Both the position numbers and the translations under genes were made by a program. The notes beneath the pieces are model-generated. The model was given only the letters and a program-made list of their open reading frames with translations. It had not been told where the DNA came from and did not search any database. From Pirellulales bacterium (GTDB lineage Bacteria; Planctomycetota; Planctomycetia; Pirellulales; JBBRCE01): a DNA stretch of 64,000 bases. The stretch covers positions 34,928 to 98,927 of the forward strand of contig JBBRCE010000009.1 of the NCBI GenBank assembly GCA_038205115.1, written 5' to 3'. This document shows positions 37,510 through 45,611 of the stretch, in pieces (within the stretch, counting starts at the first letter, position 1; each line of letters starts with the position of its first letter).

Positions 37510-38454
37510 ATGGCTCAACAACTCGTTAAGGTCGCCAGCTTTACCAACGCACCGCAGGCGTACGCCGCCCGCGTCTTTTTGCAGGCGCAGGGAATCCCGG
37601 CAGTCGTGACCGGCGAAGCGTCTGCCACAACGATGTCGCACATTGGCGCGGCGCTGGGCGGCGTGCAATTGTTCGTCCATCAGGAACAGGCCGATCGCGC
37701 GTTGGAGCTGATTCGCGAGTTTTCCAAAACGCCGCCGGCATTGTCAGGCGGCAATTTGAAATGCCCCGCTTGCGGCGAAAAGTTCGAGCCCGGCTTCGAA
37801 GTCTGCTGGAAATGCGGTGCGACCCTGGACGGCCAGAGCGATCCGTCGTTTCGAACACCGGAGCGCGACGCCGACGAATCACCCTCCGATGAAACCGATG
37901 ACGATGACGATCAACAGGACGAGTGGTTGCGCGAAGCGGGCAGCCACAACCGTCAGCGGGCCGAGCAACTGCTCCAGCAGTCGGCTGTCGCGGCGCTCGA
38001 TCGCGAGCCGCCGGCCGACGCGCCCGCCTGGGTTTGCCCGGCTTGCGGCCGTCGCGTGGCGACAGATGACGATCACTGCTGGAATTGCGGTGCAACGCAT
38101 GCCGGCAATTTCAACCCCTTTCAATCGCCTACGCTGATCGGCACCATGGCCGATGCTCCTGATACACCGCAAGCTGCCAGCGCGAATCAACGTCTCGACG
38201 CGCAGGCCACACGCGCATGGCGCACGGCAGTGATTGGAATTGCGGTCTGCCCACCCATTCTGAATCTCTATTCGCTATGGCTGTCGCTGGATTTATTCTT
38301 CAGCGAAACTCCCCTGTCGCCCTTCGCCAAGAAACGCCTGCTCGGCACCTTCCTGATTAATACGTTGCTGGTGGCCTTAATCGTCGCGTTTAAGATGGAT
38401 GCGCTGTTTATGTTCGCGGGACTGATTCGCTTTTTCATGAATCCATTGCGGTAG
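37510..38454 (+). CDS. DUF2007-like domain protein with two zinc ribbons and C-terminal TM helices
   Basis: N-terminus VKVASFTNAPQAYAARVFLQAQGIPAVV... Two CPAC..C(W)xC pairs (CPACGEKF..CWKCG, CPACGRRV..CWNCG). An acidic linker and a hydrophobic C-terminus follow. Confidence 0.7.
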   Translation: MAQQLVKVASFTNAPQAYAARVFLQAQGIPAVVTGEASATTMSHIGAALGGVQLFVHQEQADRALELIREFSKTPPALSGGNLKCPACGEKFEPGFEVCWKCGATLDGQSDPSFRTPERDADESPSDETDDDDDQQDEWLREAGSHNRQRAEQLLQQSAVAALDREPPADAPAWVCPACGRRVATDDDHCWNCGATHAGNFNPFQSPTLIGTMADAPDTPQAASANQRLDAQATRAWRTAVIGIAVCPPILNLYSLWLSLDLFFSETPLSPFAKKRLLGTFLINTLLVALIVAFKMDALFMFAGLIRFFMNPLR

Positions 38455-38789
38455 CGCGAGCCGACGCGCATTCCTAACCGTAGCGATACAAACTCGCGCC
38501 CACCGCAAACGACCGCCTACCGATTTCTGTCAGACGTGGACGCCGATGGCTTGGCCTTCCGCGGTGATGATCCTTCGAGCTGGGAGGCAACGACCTCAAC
38601 GTTCAACTGGTGCCGGAAACGCGCGGGTTGGCTCGCCACCGCTCGTACTTTGGCAAACGCTTGGACGCGGTCCTAAGACCCGAAACTCGCGATTAGGGTG
38701 CCACTTGCCCAGCGATACGTCTGCGTAAACCCGTAGCGCTCGCATTCACCGCCCCGATCAGAACACGTGTGGCGCAAAGTAAGCTGGCG

Positions 38790-41033
38790 TTACAGTTTGA
38801 AGTTGAATTGGTGCGAGAGATAGCGCCACACCCGTTCGCCCAGGCTCATGGTGCCGGCATGGATTTTGCCGCGCCCACGCAGGCCGGGTTGCATGAATTG
38901 TCGCTCGTCGTCAATGGGCGCGCGTGCCTGGTACATGATGCTCAGTGGCCGGGGCACGCCCGAAGCGTCGGCCTTGGTGGCAATATCGCCGCCGTTCTGA
39001 TTAGTGAGCTGTTTTGAAGCCACCTTCATATCGAGCGGAGAAATTTCGGCCACGGTAGAAGTGAACGTTTCGTAGGGCAGTTGGTCGAGTTTGATTTCTA
39101 CCGTCTGATCTTTGCGAATGAAATCGATGTCGCCTTGGTCGATGACCAGAATGGCTTCCCACTTCGCAGGATCGCCAATCTGACAAAACAGCGTGCTTTC
39201 TTGCAATGTGGCGCCGATGTTTTTTTGCTCCAGCGGCGTGCCGGTCCAGGTGGGCAATTTGCCGCTCTCGTCATCGGGCCGCGGCGGTTGCTCCGGCGGA
39301 GGGATGATCATGCCGGCGATGGGTGCTACCAGGTTCAATTGTTGCTGGTCGCGCCGCTTGTCTTGGATGCGTTGCTGCAGGCTGTCGCGAGTTTTTTCCA
39401 TCTTGGCAATTTGCTGGCGGGCTTCCTGAGCGTTGATACCGCTGAATTGGCGCAGACTGCCAATTTCGGAAACGTTTTTATCCAGCTCACGCTGCATCTC
39501 TTGGATATCGAGTTCCAGGTCCACGCTCACCAGCTTGGCCAGCGGAGCGCCGGCCGCCACCGTTTGACCTTGATGCACGTCCAGTTCGTCCAGAATGCTC
39601 GGCTTGCGGACCCAAACATTGGCGGCGTCGCGTGGTTTGATTTCTAGCGAACACATCACGCGATGCGGTAGCGGCAACCACAGCACCAGGGCGATCAGCG
39701 ACAGCACCACGCCCACCGTGGCATACAGGCGAGGCTTCTTCACGGTATCGAGTCTCCCCGGAACAGACAGATGTTTGTAAAGCTTCCACAGCGGTTGGAC
39801 GCCCAGGCCCCAAATCGTGCCCAGTGCAATCACCTGGCCGAGCGCTTCCAAGTGATACGGCTTGAACACATTGTTCAAGAACCACAAGATCGAAATTGCC
39901 ACCACCCAGCTATAAATGCTGGCCGCCACCGAGTACAAGGCAAAGAACCACTGATTGCGCTGCGGCAAAAACGGGTCGGGCTGTTCTTCCAAGCCCAGGC
40001 ACCACTCGCCCGCTTTGCGTCCCAAGATGCCGGTGGCTTTTTGGCGCAGGTTGGGAATTTCGGAAAGGTCCGAAAGAATGTAGTAGCCGTCGTAGCGCAG
40101 CAGCGGATTGGCGTTGAACATCAGCGTACTGACCGAGCAGACGAACATCGTGCTCAGACAGACCTGGTTCAACAGTGTTTCTTCGGCCGTGAACCACCAG
40201 ATGAAGGTGGCGATCGAGGCAATACACAATTCTACGTACATGCCGGCGGCACCAATCGCCGCCCGCGACCACTTGTTGGGAAGCATCCACGAATCCGAAA
40301 CATTGCAATACAAGCAGGGCGTCATGACCAGCAGCAGCACGCCCATCTCGTGGCATTCGCCGCCAAAGTGTTTGCACGACAGGCCATGCCCAAACTCGTG
40401 CAAGATTTTGGTCACCATCAGCGCCGTGCCCAAGTAGATCCAGTTGTGCGCGCTAAAAAACTGATGAAAAGTCGGCAGCCGCGATTGGAATTTATCGAAG
40501 TTGACCAGCACCAGCGTCAGGGCGCAAAGGCCCATCAACACGCAGCAGAACACCGCGGTGGTCGTGAAAAACCACTTGACCTTTTTGTAGAGCCAGTTGA
40601 GCAGCCGTTCTGGGTCAATGCCTTTGAAGCGAATCGCCATCACATTGGCGATCATCTGCGTGAACTCTTCCCAGCGGCGTTCGTCGCCGCGTTTGTAGAG
40701 TTGCAAGCCCTGGCCCGGCGCGTCGGACACCAGCAAGTTGCTGCGGTGCAACATGCCGACGAACTGGCCCAGTTCTTCGACCGTGATCTTCTGCGGCGGA
40801 AAGCGATCTTCGAAGGCCGCCTTTAAATCGTCCAGGCTGCGCTTGCCGTCGAGCATTTCCAAAATGGCGAACTCTTCTTCCTGAAAACGGAAGTAGTGCA
40901 AGCCAATCGGTTCTTTGACAACCCAGTACAGTTCGCCCTGGTAGCGATGCCGATCCGTGCCCAGGTCTGGACGCATCCGCCACGGCAGCGGACGAGCCGA
41001 ACTGGAAACCAGATGCGAACCGGCAGGAGGCAT
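38790..41033 (-). CDS. Fusion protein: PqqD/RRE-like N-domain + M50 (site-2 protease-like) metalloprotease TM core + HlyD-like adaptor domain
   Basis: ..FRFQEEEFAILEMLDGKRSLDDLKAAFEDRF..ITVEELGQFVGMLHRSNLL.. is PqqD-like. HEFGH sits inside a TM helix, with ..NPLLRYDGYYILSD... C-terminal barrel-sandwich/coiled-coil pattern ..LDVHQGQTVAAGAPLAKL..LNLVAPIAGMI... Confidence 0.8.
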   Translation of the reverse strand: MPPAGSHLVSSSARPLPWRMRPDLGTDRHRYQGELYWVVKEPIGLHYFRFQEEEFAILEMLDGKRSLDDLKAAFEDRFPPQKITVEELGQFVGMLHRSNLLVSDAPGQGLQLYKRGDERRWEEFTQMIANVMAIRFKGIDPERLLNWLYKKVKWFFTTTAVFCCVLMGLCALTLVLVNFDKFQSRLPTFHQFFSAHNWIYLGTALMVTKILHEFGHGLSCKHFGGECHEMGVLLLVMTPCLYCNVSDSWMLPNKWSRAAIGAAGMYVELCIASIATFIWWFTAEETLLNQVCLSTMFVCSVSTLMFNANPLLRYDGYYILSDLSEIPNLRQKATGILGRKAGEWCLGLEEQPDPFLPQRNQWFFALYSVAASIYSWVVAISILWFLNNVFKPYHLEALGQVIALGTIWGLGVQPLWKLYKHLSVPGRLDTVKKPRLYATVGVVLSLIALVLWLPLPHRVMCSLEIKPRDAANVWVRKPSILDELDVHQGQTVAAGAPLAKLVSVDLELDIQEMQRELDKNVSEIGSLRQFSGINAQEARQQIAKMEKTRDSLQQRIQDKRRDQQQLNLVAPIAGMIIPPPEQPPRPDDESGKLPTWTGTPLEQKNIGATLQESTLFCQIGDPAKWEAILVIDQGDIDFIRKDQTVEIKLDQLPYETFTSTVAEISPLDMKVASKQLTNQNGGDIATKADASGVPRPLSIMYQARAPIDDERQFMQPGLRGRGKIHAGTMSLGERVWRYLSHQFNFKL

Positions 41034-41107
41034 GGCGAACCGATGTTTGTTGTGCTGCGGGCTGTTGCTGGAGTTTCACGCGCGGCGGGCCGAGCGACCC
41101 AAAACGC

Positions 41108-42112
41108 TTAACGGCGCGGGCCGTCGGTCCGCAAACCGTCCGGCGACATGTCTCGCGTGATTTTTACCGGGCCGGCGGACGTAACGTCGATGGTCATGTC
41201 GGCCGTCAAACCCGGACGCAGCAGCCACTGTTGATTGGGGCCTTGGCGATTTTGTACTTCGGCCAGAATACGGAAATTGTCGCCGGCTTCGTTCAGCGGA
41301 TTCACAAACACCACGCGTCCCGGGAAGCGAACTTTTTGCCCACGGGCCAACGTGACGTCAACAGCCACTTCGCGGCCGCTGATTTCATCGGGATTGTACT
41401 TGCTGGCGCTGACGTAACCTTCGACCCGCACGCGATCTACCTGCACCACGTGCAGTACGGTATCGCCGGGCTTGACCCATTCGCCGGCGTGCGTGTTGAC
41501 GCGGACCACCAACCCATCCAGCGGCGAGCGTACCTGACGGCGCTCCATGTTGTTGGCGGCGCCTTTGACTTCGGCCGCTTTGTTGTCGGCGGTGTACGAT
41601 TGAATTTTTCGCTCGATCAACGCCTGTTCTTTTTGCAGACCGGCTTTATCGGCCGCCAATTTCAAGCGATCGACCTCAATTTGCGGAATCGAACCGGGCG
41701 TGCGGGCGTTGGCCCGCAGCGAGCGCTCGTGCTCCACAATCGCCAGCGCCTCGGCTTTGACGGCAAAGCGAAAATCCACGTCGCTGTTGGCTTTTTCGCG
41801 GGCGCCGCGTTCTTCGGCTTCGGCGGCAATCTTTTGAATTTGCACCTGCATGTCGTCGATCTGCGCCAGCACGTCGCCGCGTTTGACCTGCTCGCCTTCA
41901 TGCACGTTGATTTTGACCAGCACACCCGCTTCTTGCGCCGGTACTTGGGCTTCGTCAATGATCGTGACCAGGCAGCCCGAGATCGTCGGATTGGCTTCGG
42001 CGCTGGATGCGCTGGGCGCGGCAAACAACTGCGAGTTCAGCAACGGAGCCGCAAACAGCGCGACAATCTGCAGTGTCGATAGCGCGGTCAACAGGTAGCG
42101 ATGTATCTTCAT
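41108..42112 (-). CDS. HlyD-family periplasmic adaptor (membrane fusion protein)
   Basis: ATG 42112 gives the signal/anchor MKIHRYLLTALSTLQIVALFAAPLL. ..AGVLVKINVHEGEQVKRGDVLAQID.., then a coiled coil, then ..VRSPLDGLVVRVNTHAGEWVKPGDTVLHV... Confidence 0.8.
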   Translation of the reverse strand: MKIHRYLLTALSTLQIVALFAAPLLNSQLFAAPSASSAEANPTISGCLVTIIDEAQVPAQEAGVLVKINVHEGEQVKRGDVLAQIDDMQVQIQKIAAEAEERGAREKANSDVDFRFAVKAEALAIVEHERSLRANARTPGSIPQIEVDRLKLAADKAGLQKEQALIERKIQSYTADNKAAEVKGAANNMERRQVRSPLDGLVVRVNTHAGEWVKPGDTVLHVVQVDRVRVEGYVSASKYNPDEISGREVAVDVTLARGQKVRFPGRVVFVNPLNEAGDNFRILAEVQNRQGPNQQWLLRPGLTADMTIDVTSAGPVKITRDMSPDGLRTDGPRR

Positions 42113-42188
42113 GGATCGACTCGCAATTCGTGGCGTTATGTGATGATTGAACCGTGCACGGGGCTGCAATTGTCGCGGCCGTTCACGG

Positions 42189-44207
42189 CTAAATGCGAAA
42201 CAAGATCTTGGATTGAATGAAAGCCAGCACGTCGTGAAACCAAACGTACCCAATCGGACGCGACCCGCAATACAGTTTGGCGGTTACGCCGGCGCCGGGC
42301 CGAATTTCCTTGAGGTCGTCTTTATTGATCTTAACTCGGATCAACACAGTGTTTCCATCTTCTCCGTGAACTTCCGCGCTGCGATGAACTTCTTTGACCG
42401 TGCCGAAGTGTTTGACGCCGGGGTCGGTGGCGACAATGTAGGTCACTTTCATCGCTTCGCCTTCTGGCAGTTCGGCCATGGCTTGCTTGATGTGCCCCAT
42501 CCGCTCTTCCGGCATGCGAATCTCGAGGTCCCAATCTTTTTGCAGATCGGCCACGGTCATCAGCACTTGGCCCTTTTCCACGGGACGGCCCTCGAGCTTT
42601 TCACGCAACTGCCAACTGATGATCTCGCCATCCAGCGGCGATTTGACGTCCAGATACGCGACCTTCTCTTTCTTCACCAGGTCGATCTGTTTTTCCAGCG
42701 CGCGAATCTGCACATTCAGCGATTCGATTTCGCCCTTCAAACGTTTGCGCTCGGCTTCCGAGTACTGACCGGAGTTGAGCGCCTGAACTTTGGCGTTGGA
42801 CTCTTGCACGTGCGCGTCGTGCTCGCCTTGCAACCGCTCAAGTTCGTTCTTGACGTCGGTCGAGTCGATCCGCATCAGCAGATCGCCCAGCTTGACGTTG
42901 CCGCGCTCTTTCAGAATTTCCGAAACCGTGCCGGTCACGCGGGCAAAAATCTCGCGTTTTTCCACCGGTTCCAGAGTGCCTTTGCCTTGCAACTCGAAAC
43001 TCCAAGGCACCAGGCACAACGCCAAAATGATCGCGCCGATCGTCGCGGCGATGGCGATGGTCTTAGGCAGCGTGCGCGCTTTGACCATCCAACTGGCTTT
43101 GCCGATCGTGCGCCAGACCGGCATTAAAAACAATTGATTGTGTTCGACCGCGTTGGCCAGCGCGGTGCTGCTATGGTCCGCCACCACGCGTACGCGCTGG
43201 CGGAAACCTTCAGCCAATTTGGTTTCTTCGATCTGCTCGACAATCAGCGCGCCGACCACCGGGTTGGGTTCGGCTTCGCGATCGGTCTCGTCCTCGGGCG
43301 GCCGGCGCAACGGCAAAATGGCGACGGTTTTGGAGTGCGAGTCGTCAATGTATTCTTGCAACGCTTTTTCGACCTGCGGCGGCATGTTGCTGGTGTCGCC
43401 GGTGTACCAGACTTCGTCGCCAGCCGCGCAAACCGCGGTCGAAAGTTTATTCAGCAGGGTAATGGTGTTGGAGCGATTGTCGAAAATTTCCTGTCCGCTG
43501 ACGGATTCGACTTTGCACTTGGTGCCTTTATTGATGGCCACGCTGACGCGGTCGCACTCGATTAGGCGGCGACCTTCGTTAGCGATGTTGTAGCAAGCGG
43601 CCCGCGGATCGAGGCTGTGGTGCGCGGTGCGGGTGAACGATTCGAGCCGCGCCCACAGCGATTGCCGCTCGTGAAAATGCCGCAGGCGATGCGTTTTGAG
43701 ATACTCGCCCGCCAAGCCACACATTTGCAGCAAAAACCGCAAGTAACCTTTTTGCGTGGCGGGCGGAGCGCCGGCCCGTTGGAACACTTCCAGCACGCCT
43801 TCGATCTGTTTGTCGGCATGCATCGGCCCCAGCAGCACCAGAAAGTCGGTTGGGTTGCCTTCCTGACCTTCGCCATCACTACTGTGCGGTTCGACGACGC
43901 GGGGCGGACCGCCATCGACAATCTTCCGCAACATGCGGCCATGCTTTTGCTGCGCGTCTTCGCTTTCTGCCAGCCGGGTTTGATCCAGATTCATCTGGAA
44001 CGAAAGTTCCAACTGCCCATTGGAGTTGAGCGTCCAGATGGCGCCGCCAACGGCCGCCAAGGCGTGTACTGTGCGCGACAGCAACAACTCGTAAAACGCG
44101 TTGAGTTCGATGTCCGACTGCACGGCCGCTTCGACTTCATGCATCAGGCCGCGCAAATGCTGACGCGTTTGCTCCAGCGCGGCTTCGTCGACGTATTCAG
44201 TACTCAT
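42189..44207 (-). CDS. Fusion protein: two GAF-like domains + TM + HlyD-like adaptor domain
   Basis: Start ATG 44207 (MSTEYVDEAALEQ..). GAF-like stretches ..VGGAIWTLNSNGQLELSF.. and ..ANEGRRLIECDRVSVAINKG... TM helix (IAIAATIGAIILALCLV). ..ARVTGTVSEILKERGNVKLGDLLMRID.., a coiled coil, then ..VKSPLDGEIIS..VEKGQVLMTVADL... Confidence 0.75.
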   Translation of the reverse strand: MSTEYVDEAALEQTRQHLRGLMHEVEAAVQSDIELNAFYELLLSRTVHALAAVGGAIWTLNSNGQLELSFQMNLDQTRLAESEDAQQKHGRMLRKIVDGGPPRVVEPHSSDGEGQEGNPTDFLVLLGPMHADKQIEGVLEVFQRAGAPPATQKGYLRFLLQMCGLAGEYLKTHRLRHFHERQSLWARLESFTRTAHHSLDPRAACYNIANEGRRLIECDRVSVAINKGTKCKVESVSGQEIFDNRSNTITLLNKLSTAVCAAGDEVWYTGDTSNMPPQVEKALQEYIDDSHSKTVAILPLRRPPEDETDREAEPNPVVGALIVEQIEETKLAEGFRQRVRVVADHSSTALANAVEHNQLFLMPVWRTIGKASWMVKARTLPKTIAIAATIGAIILALCLVPWSFELQGKGTLEPVEKREIFARVTGTVSEILKERGNVKLGDLLMRIDSTDVKNELERLQGEHDAHVQESNAKVQALNSGQYSEAERKRLKGEIESLNVQIRALEKQIDLVKKEKVAYLDVKSPLDGEIISWQLREKLEGRPVEKGQVLMTVADLQKDWDLEIRMPEERMGHIKQAMAELPEGEAMKVTYIVATDPGVKHFGTVKEVHRSAEVHGEDGNTVLIRVKINKDDLKEIRPGAGVTAKLYCGSRPIGYVWFHDVLAFIQSKILFRI

Positions 44208-44879
44208 GCCGCAGCCTAAAGATTGAAACGACCGTGGAACAGCACCAGCGGTGGCGCGAGGTGTATCCGAAGCTAGCACAAATGGCCGAACGTTCGAACG
44301 CCCGCCGCCCTGCTTCTCAGCGTCCCAGCGGCAACGAGATACCCGCAGTTTATTCTGACAATTGTAGGTTATTTGCACAAAACAAGTTAGCCGTGAGTGC
44401 CGATTCGGCAAAAAACGGCCGCGCATTCGTTACAACCCGTTTCCCTTAATTCGGCAGTTGGCATTGGCTGCCATGACCTCGATTGTGCCAGCACCGAGCA
44501 AAACACCCGTGTCGGCAACACCGTGCGAAACGCCATTGATGATGGCTCAGGTGTCCGCCGCGTTTCCTTTTTGAGCGCGCGGCGTTTTGCGCGGCACCTC
44601 GAGCTTTCGAATGCATCCTGAACGGGAGGGGAAAGCTTTTTACACAAGCCTGAGCTAAGCCTTGGCAGCAGCTACATGACATGCATGCTCATGGGTGCAT
44701 GATCGCGGGCTCTGCCGCCATGTGGCCCAAGGTAAAAATCCGATCCGAACATCGGCGTAGCCGCAGGGCCGGCTGACTTGTGACGACGATGCTCGGCAAT
44801 CAAGCCCAATCGCCGAATCCGACTCTTGGTACGACCTCCCAAGAAAATGCGAACCGGTGCTTGCCGGATTAGCATTGGG

Positions 44880-44909
44880 AAAAAAGGCGACACTGCCGAA
44901 GCTCGGCAG
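44880..44909 (-). terminator. Candidate terminator hairpin downstream of tRNA-Asp
   Basis: Minus strand reads CTGCCGA-gct-TCGGCAG (7-bp stem), then tgtcgcc and TTTTTT. The U-run is offset by 7 nt from the stem, so this is weak. Confidence 0.35.
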
Positions 44910-44948
44910 GAGATAGAAGTCGTTATTCCTGAGGAACTTAAGAAAAAC

Positions 44949-45022
44949 GAGGGTGACGGGACTCGAACCCGCGGCCTCCAACGTGACAGGCTGGCGCTCT
45001 AACCAACTGAGCTACACCCCCT
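44949..45022 (-). tRNA. tRNA-Asp (anticodon GUC)
   Basis: Hand-folded cloverleaf. Acceptor GGGGGTG/CACCCTC (one G.U pair). D-arm GCTC-AGTTGGTTA-GAGC. Anticodon arm CCAGC-CTGTCAC-GTTGG. T-arm GCGGG-TTCGAGT-CCCGT. Discriminator G. CCA is not encoded. Total 74 nt. Confidence 0.92.
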
Positions 45023-45128
45023 CGGTCATTTGCGGCTGCTTTGCAGCGTCCGCTCTGTACCGTGGAAGCAGCCTATTATAACGCGAGGTTGACTGCTCGC
45101 AAGGGGAGCAATTGAATGTCAACCAGGC

Positions 45129-45539
45129 CTAATTGTTGCCGATTGCCGCCCAACCGAGCACAGCCGTCTGATACAGGAATACCAGAGTCAGTCCGTGATA
45201 GCCCAACTTCAGAAATGCGCTGGTCAAGAACGGTCGGGCGTCGAACACAAAAAACTGAATCGCCAGCCGCGCTGCCCAAAACAGCGCGATGAACCCGCAA
45301 ACGCAACGGGCCAGCGGGGTGTGCGAGGCAAGTTCGACGGAATTAAACGCGGTCAGCACTCCAAAGCCGATGATCGTCAGCACGATAAACAGGCCATGCA
45401 CCCAAATCAGTTGCCGCGACAATCGACTGAGCGTTTCCAATTCGCGTTTCCACTGCAGCACTTGCGGCACCGCGGCGCTGGCCAGCAGTGTCCCAAAATG
45501 CAAAATCCCACTAAAGAAAATCAGTGTTGCCAGGTTCAT
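45129..45539 (-). CDS. Small hypothetical membrane protein (about 4 TM helices)
   Basis: 136-aa hydrophobic ORF downstream of the MBOAT-like gene on the same strand. Confidence 0.6.
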   Translation of the reverse strand: MNLATLIFFSGILHFGTLLASAAVPQVLQWKRELETLSRLSRQLIWVHGLFIVLTIIGFGVLTAFNSVELASHTPLARCVCGFIALFWAARLAIQFFVFDARPFLTSAFLKLGYHGLTLVFLYQTAVLGWAAIGNN

Positions 45540-45611
45540 GGCACGGCCAGCCTTTGGTTCAATATTCAGTAGCGAGAATGCCGCAGTGGCGCCCGAGGGG
45601 ACGTGGGCGAT

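Noticed and set aside
38455-38789. 335-bp convergent intergenic region checked for gene remnants or terminators
   Set aside because: All six frames give only short, motif-less peptides. I found no convincing stem-loop with a U-run.
44446-44682. 78-aa Cys/His/Arg-rich minus ORF upstream of the adaptor operon, considered as a RiPP-like precursor
   Set aside because: It has no ribosome-binding site or leader-like organisation that I can see, and it overlaps other equally poor ORFs. Its composition is typical of GC-rich non-coding sequence. It remains covered by the gene-free-region finding.
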